Positions 32,727 to 41,654 of a stretch of DNA of 64,000 bases are shown in pieces (the stretch's first letter is position 1; each line of letters opens with the position of its first letter). The DNA is taken from the IMG/VR virus record IMGVR_UViG_3300045988_174094, positions 44,932 through 108,931 of that record; one strand, 5' to 3'. A model generated the notes under the pieces. It was not told the origin of the DNA, made no database searches, and saw nothing but the letters and a program-made list of their open reading frames with translations. Origin of the DNA: a virus. Both the position numbers and the translations under genes were made by a program.

Positions 32727-33545
32727 TTATATAAGGTCAGCTAGTCTCGCTACCTCTGAACGTTCTGTAATTGGAGAATATATCATTTCAAATAGTGGAT
32801 TACCAGCTAAAGCATCAATGGTTGCGCGCAAACCATTATCTCCTTCATACATTCTTCTATCCACTTGACGGTAATCACCATTATACCAAATTTCGCTATT
32901 TTCCCCGATGCGAGAAATGATCAATCGAGCAACTTCTCTTGTAATATTTTGTGCTTCACTAACATATACAAGAGCGTTAGTAAAAGAACGACCTCTAATA
33001 TGAGGAAGTGGAACTAGTTCAATTTGTCCGTTTTGACACATTTGTTCAACAGTTTCACGCCCGCCAAATTTATCCCAAAGCGGAGCTAAGGTCCAGCTTA
33101 ACTTAGAGAATTCATCTCCTTTCAAATAGCCAATATCTGGAATATCTCCTAATGAAACATTTGGACGAATATAAACGAGCTTTTCAAAAATGCCTTTTTC
33201 GATTAAAGAGAGAGCCTGCGCGGACATTAAGAAGTCTTTACCTCCACCATAGACAGATGTAAAAACTTTTACTGGTGCTTTTCTATCATTCAACATATGT
33301 ATCGCGCATTCTTGATATGGATTGCGCGGTTTAATAGTGCCACAGAAATCATTTTTGATTGTAAGAAACGGAACTCTTTCTAAATGTCCCGCGCGCCAGA
33401 AGAACTTATCCACAATCTTACCGGTTTCATCACGAAGAAAAGCATATTGATTCTCCAATAAGTTGAGAATTGGAAAATCTCCTTGATAAAATTGAGCTAA
33501 TTCTTCTTGGGTAAGCGAGACTTCTCTAATTCCTGTATAGTCCAT
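32727..33545 (-). CDS. phoH: PhoH-like protein (P-loop degenerate)
   Basis: PLPHIRGRSFTNALVYVSEAQNITREVARLIISRIGENSEIWYNGDYRQVD matches the PhoH C-terminal signature. The Walker A position reads YGGGKD. Confidence 0.7.
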   Translation of the reverse strand: MDYTGIREVSLTQEELAQFYQGDFPILNLLENQYAFLRDETGKIVDKFFWRAGHLERVPFLTIKNDFCGTIKPRNPYQECAIHMLNDRKAPVKVFTSVYGGGKDFLMSAQALSLIEKGIFEKLVYIRPNVSLGDIPDIGYLKGDEFSKLSWTLAPLWDKFGGRETVEQMCQNGQIELVPLPHIRGRSFTNALVYVSEAQNITREVARLIISRIGENSEIWYNGDYRQVDRRMYEGDNGLRATIDALAGNPLFEMIYSPITERSEVARLADLI

Positions 33546-33555
33546 TTAGACCTCC

Positions 33556-34194
33556 TCAGATTAGTTCATCAATAGAAGAAATAATACCGTCATATACACC
33601 ACGCTCAATACCTTCGCGCGCGGATACATACCAATCGCTCTTCATCTTTTCATCTACTTCTTCTTTTGTAAATGAAGTTCTATCGAGAATAACCTGAGAA
33701 AGACGAGAAACCTGTTCATCATATTCTTTCATAAAATTAGCAATCTGATCATAAGTTCCCTGAATGCCGGAACAACTTCCTTGGTGGAAGAGAAGAGAGA
33801 CATCACTGCTCAAAGCATATCTCTTATGACACATTAGAAGTATCATCGCAGCAGCACTATAAGCGCACGAAATATTGATACCAATAACAGGAGTTTTTGA
33901 AAGACGAATAATATTGCCAATGGCAGTAAAAACATCAAGTTCTCCACCGGGACTAAAAATGAGAAGACGAATAGGCTTTCGCGCAGAAACCTCAATTTCC
34001 TTATCTTCACGGTTCCACTTCAAAATATAATGAATAATATTCAAGGAACAGCTATCAATTCCATCTGTTACCCAAAGTAATCGTTCTTCCAAATCATTGT
34101 AGAACGACAGGAGATTATCGTCGGGAAGTAAATAATTCGCGCTTTCTGGAATTTGGACTAGTGGTAGTAGTCCGAGATCTTCATTTTTCTTCAT
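33556..34194 (-). CDS. clpP: ClpP-family serine protease
   Basis: IFSPGGELDVFTAIGN..ISCAYSAAAMILL..LLFHQGS, S14-family motifs. Confidence 0.75.
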   Translation of the reverse strand: MKKNEDLGLLPLVQIPESANYLLPDDNLLSFYNDLEERLLWVTDGIDSCSLNIIHYILKWNREDKEIEVSARKPIRLLIFSPGGELDVFTAIGNIIRLSKTPVIGINISCAYSAAAMILLMCHKRYALSSDVSLLFHQGSCSGIQGTYDQIANFMKEYDEQVSRLSQVILDRTSFTKEEVDEKMKSDWYVSAREGIERGVYDGIISSIDELI

Positions 34195-34266
34195 TCTATT
34201 CTCCTTTTCTGGGATATATTTTCCTTTCTATCTCTAAGTAGTCGCGCGCAAAATAACCTTGATAAA

Positions 34267-34467
34267 TTAGCACCAAATAAAGAATTCTGTGTGGCTTCCA
34301 ACATCAATCCAAGTCTCATTGATATCATTCGTCCACTCTCTTGTATAAGGGGCTTTATAGTTATGCTCCTCTAAAAACTTGTAAACCAGTTGATAAGCAC
34401 TTTTCTTAGTGCTAGGGTGACCAATGGGCCGCCTCGGCTCATGTCCATTGTCAAAGTAAAGCGTCAT
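34267..34467 (-). CDS. hypothetical protein, 66 aa
   Basis: ATG 34467 follows AAAGGAGAA. In frame with track ORF 34267-34548. Confidence 0.65.
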   Translation of the reverse strand: MTLYFDNGHEPRRPIGHPSTKKSAYQLVYKFLEEHNYKAPYTREWTNDINETWIDVGSHTEFFIWC

Positions 34468-34532
34468 TTGTTTTCTCCTTTCTATTTCTATTTTGATAAA
34501 AAGAAAGCGCCCAGTCAAGGGCGCCGTTCCTA

Positions 34533-34823
34533 TTACATCCAACTCCAAAGAAAATCGAAAAGATTATCAGAAGAAATGGAGGTATGAAAAGTTCCGTAAT
34601 CATTACAGAATTTCTCAAGAGCTTCTGTATACGCCTTTCGTGCGTCTACGTAAGTCTTTCGCAGTTCATCAATTTCCTGCGCGCGAGCTTTGCGCTCGTC
34701 TGCACGCTTCTGTTCTGCCACTCTTTTCTCTTCTCGTTTTGCAATAACCTTCTTTTCAGCCTCTTCAAGGTCATCCATGCTATCATAGAGTTTGTTTGTA
34801 ATATCGCTATAAAATCTTGCCAT
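34533..34823 (-). CDS. hypothetical coiled-coil protein
   Basis: 96-aa ORF with GGAGAGGA RBS. Confidence 0.7.
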   Translation of the reverse strand: MARFYSDITNKLYDSMDDLEEAEKKVIAKREEKRVAEQKRADERKARAQEIDELRKTYVDARKAYTEALEKFCNDYGTFHTSISSDNLFDFLWSWM

Positions 34824-34859
34824 AATAGTTCCTCTCCTATCATTTCAAAATTTTGACGT

Positions 34860-35692
34860 TCCTTTCCGTCAAAAGGGATTTGTTCCCTGAAAATAAAATA
34901 TCTATGGGTTCTTCAACCTACCGAAAACTAACTTCAAGTATATTCAGTCAAGAGCACCATGGGGCTGAGCATACGCAGCGTCCCGCGCATACTTCCCATA
35001 GTCGCACCTTCGTGCGCGTAGTCTCTTCTGGATTGATTACCAGAACCTTTCACCAGCCATTCAGCAAGTTCTTGATTTTTATTATCAATAATCATTATTG
35101 TGCTTGTCTTTGGCTACTCAGAGGCCACATACACGTCTTATACACGAATTTCTTCGCTTCACAACAAACTGGCTTGTGGTTATTTCCTAATCAAATGATT
35201 TACCCACAGTCACCAACTAAGGGAGATTAGGATTCAGCTTTCAATTATCTTGAAAGCCTCTATTACGCCAGCGACGCGCGTCCTACCTTTACTCGCGTTA
35301 GTCTCGATGCCGCCTCTTAGGGTTGGGAGTCCATCCTCTATGGCACGCAACTCACGTCACGCGCGCCGGTCAGTATCCACAAGTATCCTTGTTCGTTGTC
35401 TGCCGCCCTTTCCAAGACGCCTCGACATTCCTAGTCACAGAATGTTTGTCATCGAGTTCTAAGATATTTTATTTTCAAGGAACAAATAGAGAATTTAGCG
35501 TTACCCAACATCTACCACGTGGAGGTATTCTCTTTTAGATGTCTTGCGCACGAACGAGTTGCACGTTGTCTCCAGATAATGAGTCTGGCGTCCTACTGTT
35601 AGACGACCTGCGCAGTATTTAGGTCATTTATCCTATAACTCCCACGACCAAGGATGCACTTTTGGTAGCATTTCCACCAGTCTAAAACTGGT
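34860..35692 (-). ncRNA. element B: ~830-nt ORF-free, GC-enriched candidate structured RNA downstream of tRNA(CAA)
   Basis: No RBS-linked ORF on either strand. The central part (35230-35460) is much richer in GC than the flanks. Shares boxes GAGTAGCCAAAGA (rc 35107-35119) and TAGTTGGT (rc 35212-35219) with element A. Confidence 0.35.
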
Positions 35693-35769
35693 TGGTAGCA
35701 CTGGTGGAATTCGAATCCACACTTTACGGATTTTGAATCCGCTATCTCTGCCAATTGGATTACAGTGCC
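35693..35769 (-). tRNA. tRNA with anticodon CAA (Leu by anticodon) but short 5-nt variable loop; CCA encoded
   Basis: rc reads GGCACTG-TA-ATCC..AGAT-A-GCGGA-TTCAAAA-TCCGT-AAAGT-GTGGA-TTCGAAT-TCCAC-CAGTGCT-A-CCA. Confidence 0.75.
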
Positions 35770-36164
35770 ATATACAAGCCTTTTGTTTCACATAGGAGGT
35801 AAAAGGCTCCAAAGACCCAGCATGAGTTTTATAGGTAAGCCCACGCATCGAAACTTCTGAACGTCACGCCATGTCAGATAGCGCCTATCTATTTATATTG
35901 CGCCGTAGGAACTGCGCGAGATGGTTTTTGAACTTCAGAACCACGAAACTGATTTGACTAACAAATTCCTTTTCTCCAATGGCGGCTCCCTAGTTTATCT
36001 TGGCTACTCCGAAGGTCGCGACTCCTTCGCCGTCGTTGTTTCATCAGACATCTCTACTGCCTGAAGACTTGTCTGTCTCGAAATTTTGGATATTACATTG
36101 GCCACTGTAATACCACTATTAGTCTCCCTCTGTGTTTATGCAGGCTTGGGACTGCTTACCAACT
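35770..36164 (-). ncRNA. element A: ~395-nt ORF-free spacer between two tRNAs, candidate structured RNA
   Basis: GC-enriched. Hairpin cgaagg-agtcgcga-ccttcg is followed by GAGTAGCCAAGA (rc 35998-36009). Confidence 0.3.
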
Positions 36165-36237
36165 ACCCGAAGGCCGGATTTGAACCGGAAGCTCCGCTTT
36201 ATCAATGCGGTATTCTAACCAGTTGAACTACATCGGA
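36165..36237 (-). tRNA. tRNA-Ile (anticodon GAT), several stem mismatches
   Basis: rc reads TCCGATG-TA-GTTC-AACTGGTTA-GAAT-A-CCGCA-TTGATAA-AGCGG-AGCT-TCCGG-TTCAAAT-CCGGC-CTTCGGG-T. Mismatches at 6:67, 31:39 and 49:65. Confidence 0.6.
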
Positions 36238-36324
36238 TAGTTTTCAAGTAAGCCACATTAGGACTTTCCGAGAGAGGAACTGGTAGAAAGGAAAAGACCA
36301 GTTCCTCTCTCATCTTGTATAAAT

Positions 36325-36353
36325 ATTATACCAAAATTTTAGGAATTTTTCAA
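36325..36353 (-). promoter_or_regulatory. class-B promoter driving tRNA-Ile(GAT)
   Basis: rc reads TTGAAA-17-TATAAT followed by ATTTATACAAG. The transcript begins with a 15-bp hairpin, gagagaggaactggt..accagttcctctctc. Confidence 0.65.
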
Positions 36354-36514
36354 ATTTCGTTTTCTTCTTTTTCTCGATTCTTATGTTTGATTTTGCGCGA
36401 ATATGGTTTTCGAGAAGGAAAAACTTGGCACTTTTTACGAAGTGCTGTCCACTTCTCAAGTTGTTCGGGAGACATTTTCTTTACTTCGGGCTTCCACGCG
36501 GTTTCAGTTTCCAT
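36350..36514 (-). CDS. small basic protein, 54 aa
   Basis: METETAWKPEVKKMSPEQLEKWTALRKKCQVFPSRKPYSRKIKHKNREKEENEI. GAGGGAAA RBS. Below the track cutoff. Confidence 0.5.
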   Translation of the reverse strand: METETAWKPEVKKMSPEQLEKWTALRKKCQVFPSRKPYSRKIKHKNREKEENEI

Positions 36515-36540
36515 TTTCGTTTCCCTCACTTTCTGTAAAT

Positions 36541-36569
36541 ATTATATCAAAAAATCAGAAAAATTTCAA
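36541..36569 (-). promoter_or_regulatory. class-B promoter
   Basis: rc reads TTGAAA-17-TATAAT followed by ATTTACAGAAA. Confidence 0.6.
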
Positions 36570-36649
36570 ACATTTACGAGAAGAAATTTTCAAATGTCCG
36601 GCTATTACGGGTCGCCCAAAGGTGGACAAGCTATTGATTCCAAATAAAA

Positions 36650-36725
36650 TGGTGCGCTTGGGGCAATTCGAATGCCCGACCCATTGCTTAAAAGGCAATT
36701 GCTACTACCACTGAGCTACAAGCGC
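36650..36725 (-). tRNA. tRNA-Lys (anticodon TTT), CCA encoded
   Basis: rc reads GCGCTTG-TA-GCTC..TAGC-A-ATTGC-CTTTTAA-GCAAT-GGGTC-GGGCA-TTCGAAT-TGCCC-CAAGCGC-A-CCA. Confidence 0.85.
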
Positions 36726-37068
36726 ATATAAAACCAGCTCAGCTTTATCTCGCCATTAACGACTGCTAGTGCGCCGGATACTATATACTCGTATCTTTAC
36801 CACTTCTAAAACAACTTACTAATCACGAGCAGCGATGATTAGTAATAAAAAATATTTAGGCAAGTTCGCTACGCTTACCCCGTGGAAGATCCACGCACGA
36901 TTTTCCCTGACACAGATTACCCTATCATATTAGCACCCCGATAGGTTCTCTCACTATATATCGTGTTCTTCCCCTTTCATTTTCTGCTTCGAAAGCCAAT
37001 CGCTTGCTCTCTACTCCAAGACTTCGGGCGGGAGATGGGGCGGTAGTTTAATGACTTGCCGAGGTCGA
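36726..37068 (-). ncRNA. element C: ~340-nt ORF-free spacer between tRNAs, candidate structured RNA
   Basis: GC-enriched. Contains GGAGTAGAGAGCAAGC (rc 37002-37017) and hairpins such as gtggatcttccac. Confidence 0.3.
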
Positions 37069-37144
37069 TGGTCCGGATGTCAAGATTTGAACTTGCATCT
37101 AGCGATTATAAGTCACTGGCTCTGACCAATTGAGCTACATCCGG
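37069..37144 (-). tRNA. tRNA-Ile (anticodon TAT, reads AUA), CCA encoded
   Basis: rc reads CCGGATG-TA-GCTC-AATTGGTCA-GAGC-C-AGTGA-CTTATAA-TCGCT-AGAT-GCAAG-TTCAAAT-CTTGA-CATCCGG-A-CCA. Confidence 0.75.
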
Positions 37145-37471
37145 ATAAAAGTGGAGATTTTCTTTCGGTGGCCTCCTACGAGGTAGACCCCTAGGCAATC
37201 TGTGGAAATCTCCTAACCCTCGACAAAAGCTCCATCATACTACCGAAATTGCCCCGGAAATATGACATCATAGCTTGGCCTAAGCGTCTTGCGCTTAACC
37301 CTATAATCGGTTTCTAGCTACGGGATAGCCAACTCCCGCCCACCTCTTTGCTTCCTCAAAGTGTAGCTAATACTTTGTCTTGATTGCTCGGTTTTTATAA
37401 AGCTGGTAAGCCTTCCCAACTGAGGCCACTTCGGACATTTACGGTAAGTTTCCGTCGTGCGCCTAAATAGC
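37145..37471 (-). ncRNA. element D: ~325-nt ORF-poor leader upstream of tRNA-Ile(TAT), candidate structured RNA
   Basis: Track ORF 37318-37572 lacks an RBS and overlaps the better-supported mini-gene. The sequence is GC-enriched. Confidence 0.25.
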
Positions 37472-37606
37472 TCAATAAGAGCTAGATAATAGCTTTCTAA
37501 GTCTTCGCTTGAGCTTTGCGAGAATTGGCGCGTTATCTCCGCGCTGTTCAAGAAGATGGATGCGATTTTCAAGAATTGATACTTCTGTCTTCCAATGATA
37601 AGTCAT
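37472..37606 (-). CDS. small coiled-coil protein, 44 aa
   Basis: MTYHWKTEVSILENRIHLLEQRGDNAPILAKLKRRLRKLLSSSY. RBS GAAAGGAAAAAG. First gene after promoter 37641-37669. Confidence 0.45.
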   Translation of the reverse strand: MTYHWKTEVSILENRIHLLEQRGDNAPILAKLKRRLRKLLSSSY

Positions 37607-37640
37607 TTCTTTTTCCTTTCCTCAACCATTTTGTATAAAT

Positions 37641-37669
37641 ATTATACTCGAAATTTAGCTATTTTTCAA
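37641..37669 (-). promoter_or_regulatory. class-B promoter at head of the tRNA island
   Basis: rc reads TTGAAA-17-TATAAT followed by ATTTATACAAA. Confidence 0.65.
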
Positions 37670-38572
37670 ATCTCGAAAACTTAGAGTATTCAATGTAATC
37701 TGATACATCAGCCAGTCATTATAACCAGGTAGTCTATAAAGTTGATTGAAAACCTCCTGCGACAGGCTTCTGTAAATCTTTGTAAAGTGCGTCGACACAT
37801 GCCAATCAAGGCCAAAATAAAATTCATCATTTACTGTAGTTTCAATCAAAGGTTCAAGCTTGTTATCAAAATAGCTCTCAACCATCGAAAGAATTACGAA
37901 GAAATCCTTCTCAGGCACTGGTTGGTTGAAGATTCTAAAAGAAGCATCCTTAATATCATCACAGAAAAGACAATGATGGCAATTCTTCAGAAAAGAAGAG
38001 TAATAGACCTCTTCACATCCAGAAGAACTGAAAATTCCGACGCAATTCTCAATACTATCAACTCGCGCGCACTTCTGACTTTTCTTCACATGCGATGCTT
38101 TATAAATTTCTTTTGAACTTTGAATGTCCATTCCAGTATCAACTAAACTACTATTCACAATATATTCTGACTTTAGAACGCCATCACTTCCCTCAACTGT
38201 AGCACTAGAAGCGACATAATTACTATTTCTAATATCACTACAATTGTCAATGTTTCCACTTAGATAAATGTGGTCAGAATGAATAACTTTTTCACTTTCT
38301 TCTACATCATAACTTTCATAGACGCTAGAAGAACTATCAATATTCAAAACTTCACAGTATTTTTCTTTTTCTTTGGTAGTCCAAGGTAGCATTCGGTAGC
38401 CCCAGTATAATGCCTCAAGCCATGGACTATAGTTACCAGCAATTGCTTCGGGGCCAATTTCTTCAAGAAAATCTAGTGCTTCAACACCATTTGGAAATCT
38501 TCCAACAAATTCTTGAATTTTCTCTTCGCGCGCGCTATATTTTCGTAGCAACTCAACTGTTAGATACATCAA
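37655..38572 (-). CDS. hypothetical protein with Ser/Asn-rich repetitive middle region
   Basis: 305-aa ORF. Confidence 0.75.
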   Translation of the reverse strand: MMYLTVELLRKYSAREEKIQEFVGRFPNGVEALDFLEEIGPEAIAGNYSPWLEALYWGYRMLPWTTKEKEKYCEVLNIDSSSSVYESYDVEESEKVIHSDHIYLSGNIDNCSDIRNSNYVASSATVEGSDGVLKSEYIVNSSLVDTGMDIQSSKEIYKASHVKKSQKCARVDSIENCVGIFSSSGCEEVYYSSFLKNCHHCLFCDDIKDASFRIFNQPVPEKDFFVILSMVESYFDNKLEPLIETTVNDEFYFGLDWHVSTHFTKIYRSLSQEVFNQLYRLPGYNDWLMYQITLNTLSFRDLKNS

Positions 38573-38924
38573 AATTCTCCTTTATGATTGACCCATCAAT
38601 TCTTTTTTCTAAACTGTATGGCTTCGCGCGCATATCCATAATCAATTCCATCCGCTTATTCAAAAGCTTTACCATCTGAAGGACTTCGGGCGTTTTTCTA
38701 AAATAAGCGCGAGGATAACGTTCACCTTTGCCCATAATCTTTGCTTCGAGGACGTCGCGCGCAAACCTCAAGAAGTCTGCATAATCTAATCCAAGAACCC
38801 GCGCAGCCATCATTGAATAAGAGCCTCTAATTCCATTTGGAAAAGGCATCTTCTCAATATTGGTATAAAGCATACAGTAAGTAGGAAGATAGGGACTTTC
38901 CTCAAGATAAAAATACTTCTCCAT
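38553..38924 (-). CDS. hypothetical protein
   Basis: ATG 38924 shares one base with the upstream TAA. In frame with track ORF 38553-38945. Confidence 0.7.
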   Translation of the reverse strand: MEKYFYLEESPYLPTYCMLYTNIEKMPFPNGIRGSYSMMAARVLGLDYADFLRFARDVLEAKIMGKGERYPRAYFRKTPEVLQMVKLLNKRMELIMDMRAKPYSLEKRIDGSIIKENFDVSNS

Positions 38925-39214
38925 TATAACGCCATCTCCTTCCAAAGCTCTTCAATGCGCGCGGCCTCTTCTACCATATATTCACAGAATGAAGCCCAAT
39001 CCTCTTTTTGAACAAAAATCATTGGGTCAAACTTAGGCAAAGGTCTATCAAATTTTTCTACTTTGACTGTCTCTGTTGGCTGATACCCTGTAATTATATA
39101 CTTCTTTACTGTAGAGGCAGAAAAACCAGTCTGCCGAGCAGTTTCTGCATAAGTTCGACATTTATAATAAACATCATTAATATGAATTATATCCTCTTGT
39201 GTTACACGAGCCAT
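38924..39214 (-). CDS. helix-turn-helix protein (possible transcription regulator)
   Basis: YAETARQTGFSASTVKKYI is a classic HTH. Confidence 0.7.
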   Translation of the reverse strand: MARVTQEDIIHINDVYYKCRTYAETARQTGFSASTVKKYIITGYQPTETVKVEKFDRPLPKFDPMIFVQKEDWASFCEYMVEEAARIEELWKEMAL

Positions 39215-39243
39215 TCTTTCTGCCTCCTTTATTTTCTATAAAT

Positions 39244-39272
39244 ATTATATCAAAATTTTTCAAAAGTTTCAA
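39244..39272 (-). promoter_or_regulatory. class-B promoter
   Basis: rc reads TTGAAA-17-TATAAT followed by ATTTATAGAAA. Confidence 0.65.
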
Positions 39273-39339
39273 ATTTATGGATTATGGTATATGTGCGACC
39301 TCTTTTCTTTAGAAATATTTCTGAATGGAGGAATGAAGT

Positions 39340-39621
39340 ATGGAAATGCTAACTCTTATTATTGCTCTTTCCACTATTATGTGGTTCATAATTGAAAAAT
39401 TTCATCCAATCTGGAAAAACTTTACCTATGGCAAGTATATTACAATGGCTGTTTCCGCAGTATTTGCTTTTGCTCTCGTCTTCTCCTTCAATCTTGACCT
39501 TATTCTCGCCTGTGGTCTTGTTGAAGTGACAACTATTGCTGGCAAAATTATTACTAGCCTAGTTCTAATGTCAGGTTCCAGCGCAGTGGCTGAAATCATT
39601 GAGCGCGTAAAAGGTAAGTAA
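39340..39621 (+). CDS. putative holin (three hydrophobic segments)
   Basis: GGAGGAA RBS. MLTLIIALSTIMWFII..ITMAVSAVFAFALVF..ITSLVLMSGSSAVAEII. Lone + strand gene ending at a bidirectional terminator. Confidence 0.6.
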   Translation: MEMLTLIIALSTIMWFIIEKFHPIWKNFTYGKYITMAVSAVFAFALVFSFNLDLILACGLVEVTTIAGKIITSLVLMSGSSAVAEIIERVKGK

Positions 39622-39623
39622 AT

Positions 39624-39660
39624 AAAAAAGGACACGTCTTTCGATGTGTCCTTTCTTTTT
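39624..39660. terminator. bidirectional terminator
   Basis: aaaggacac-N10-gtgtccttt with A-run and T-run flanks. Confidence 0.75.
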
Positions 39661-40117
39661 ATTCCCTCAAATCTTTGTCATTATTAACAATTGGCCAAGT
39701 TTTCATTTCATTATATATGTCTTCAATGAAACTATTACCACCTTGGTCGTGATAATCATGAAATAGCTTATTCAAAAGCTCGTGGCTATGTTGAAGCATT
39801 TTCTTATGTGGAAGATAACGATAATAAATTTTTACTATTTCCGCGCGCATCATATCATTAGAAGAATGAATAAGACAATTCAATTTTCTATCTTGCTCAC
39901 TGTCTCTTTCTTTTAGTTCCAAAAGCATTGGCTCAATTACTTCTTTGATAGTCTCTTTGAGCTGCTTTTTATTTTCTTCTTCCTTTTGTTTTTGACGCTC
40001 TTTTCGACGTTTACTGAACCATTCCTTATCTCCACAAAATTTTACAACAACTTGCCACACTAAATAAATTAGAACAAGGAACCCGCCAATTGCACTGGCA
40101 ATACTAGAAAAATTCAA
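39659..40117 (-). CDS. membrane-anchored coiled-coil protein
   Basis: N-terminal helix IASAIGGFLVLIYLVWQVVV followed by a K/E-rich region. Confidence 0.7.
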   Translation of the reverse strand: MNFSSIASAIGGFLVLIYLVWQVVVKFCGDKEWFSKRRKERQKQKEEENKKQLKETIKEVIEPMLLELKERDSEQDRKLNCLIHSSNDMMRAEIVKIYYRYLPHKKMLQHSHELLNKLFHDYHDQGGNSFIEDIYNEMKTWPIVNNDKDLRE

Positions 40118-40161
40118 TTAGAACTCCTCCCGATTACTTCTTCCCGAAGAGAAGTCGAAAA

Positions 40162-40581
40162 TTATTTAGATTCCTTCATTCTTTTGCGATATTCTCGATA
40201 GATGTCGTCATTATGATATTTTGAATGGACAAGAAACTTCTCTTGAAATAAGTCCTCTATACAATTGAGATTATCCATTTCCCAATAAGGAATTCGATAA
40301 AGAGGTATCTTATGCGCAAGACAGTAAGAATTTTTTATACGGTCACGCTCTTGTGCTTTTGTAAAGTCACTTCGCTTTTTGTGGAAAAATTTTGTATACT
40401 CAAAGTGCTGGAATCCGTCTAATTCACAACAGACCTCTTTTTGAGGGAAATAGAAATCAAAACGAAGATAGCCGTGCTTGAGGTCTTTGAAAGTCTTTTC
40501 TCTTATAAAAGGAACGCGCGCATCTGTAAGGATACGCGCGATTTTTTCTTCAAATTTACTCAACCAAAAATTGTCTCCCAC
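40162..40581 (-). CDS. PD-(D/E)XK-type endonuclease-like protein (free-standing)
   Basis: LRFDFYFPQKEVCCELDGFQHF.. matches the YDFYLP..IEYMGRQHY core of the terL intron ORF. Confidence 0.65.
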   Translation of the reverse strand: MGDNFWLSKFEEKIARILTDARVPFIREKTFKDLKHGYLRFDFYFPQKEVCCELDGFQHFEYTKFFHKKRSDFTKAQERDRIKNSYCLAHKIPLYRIPYWEMDNLNCIEDLFQEKFLVHSKYHNDDIYREYRKRMKESK

Positions 40582-41654
40582 TGGCAGTCACGCGGGACTT
40601 TATCCAAACGCCAACTAACGAATTTTGGATGACGAAGACCTTGCGTTTCACGCATAACTTCCATCGCAGTAATTTCTGCGACCTTCCCAATATAGTCCTT
40701 CCAATTCAACAAAATTTCATCATCTAAGCCGCTCAAATTACCAATCTGAACCGGTTTTCCATCCTTATACGCACCAATCTTTAGACTACCAGCACCACGC
40801 ATATAATACATTTTTGTGACGGGTTCAATTGTATCACCCTCAAAATATTCCTTATAATAGTCTCCGCACATAAGTTCATGCGTAACAGTATTTTGCCAAT
40901 ACTGCCAGTTTTCGATTTCTTTCCCAGAATAAAGACGGGTCGGAGGATTCCCACCATAGATAAAGACATCAAGTGTTTCTTGAAGTTCTTTCTTCAGTTT
41001 AAGAGTCTTCCGCGCGCTGCGTTTACCTGGTTGTGGTTTAGAGTCACGTCGAGTAATAACAACACCTTCTCCACCTTCAGCCAAAATTTCTTGATATTTC
41101 TGCCACAACTCAGCGCCTTCATAGTATTGAGCAAACTCAACATAATCTGACTTAGGAAGGTTCTGAATCATTGTAAAACGCTCTTCTGCTGTCTTATTCA
41201 AATAGCTTTCTCCGTCATAAGCCCAAATATCAAAAACATAATAGTGAAGTTTTTCTCCTGCTTCTTGGCGCGCGATTGCCTTAGGCGCAAGGCAACCCAT
41301 GATTGTCGTAGTATTATAGGAACCCTCATTCTTTGGGAAATAGACTTCGCCAAGTAGACAAGTTCCTCGCGGAAGAGCTTCAAAGAATGGCTTCAAATGA
41401 GGAACCCAATCAACCTTATTTAGATATCCTCCCTTTACGGACTTAGACCGACCCTGTAAACGAAGTTCACCATCTTCAGAAATTATGGCGCGATAGTATG
41501 CTCCATCCATCTTACGCGCCCCAAGATAATCTCCAGAATAGACCATGTTGATTGCTTCTCGTTTCTTTCTTTCAGGCGTATAGGAAGAAGTAAAACTCCA
41601 ATACTTCTCAGCTTCAAGATTTTCAAAGTCAATTTTATCAATTACAAAACTCAT
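40560..41654 (-). CDS. ATP-dependent DNA ligase
   Basis: ATG 41654 (ATGA overlap). Motif I ARKMDG, motif III LLGEVYF, motif IV EGVVITR, motif V LKLKK. Confidence 0.8.
   Translation of the reverse strand: MSFVIDKIDFENLEAEKYWSFTSSYTPERKKREAINMVYSGDYLGARKMDGAYYRAIISEDGELRLQGRSKSVKGGYLNKVDWVPHLKPFFEALPRGTCLLGEVYFPKNEGSYNTTTIMGCLAPKAIARQEAGEKLHYYVFDIWAYDGESYLNKTAEERFTMIQNLPKSDYVEFAQYYEGAELWQKYQEILAEGGEGVVITRRDSKPQPGKRSARKTLKLKKELQETLDVFIYGGNPPTRLYSGKEIENWQYWQNTVTHELMCGDYYKEYFEGDTIEPVTKMYYMRGAGSLKIGAYKDGKPVQIGNLSGLDDEILLNWKDYIGKVAEITAMEVMRETQGLRHPKFVSWRLDKVPRDCQWETIFG

Noticed and set aside
36041-36047. CTGATGA on the minus strand followed by a strong hairpin, a possible hammerhead ribozyme core.
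   Set aside because: The required GAAA after stem II and a suitable stem III and cleavage site are missing.
36261-36269. GGAAAGTCC string on the minus strand resembling the RNase P RNA P4 motif.
   Set aside because: It lies about 25 nt upstream of tRNA-Ile(GAT), right after a promoter-proximal hairpin. No other RNase P elements are nearby, and the transcript segment is far too short.
34853-36714. Plus-strand ORFs in the tRNA island (34853-35230, 35250-35462, 35323-35538, 36315-36647, 36403-36714) and minus-strand ORF 35633-35848.
   Set aside because: They have no RBS. Several overlap tRNA genes or promoters, and the plus-strand ones run antisense to the island's promoters. The translated sequences have non-protein-like composition.
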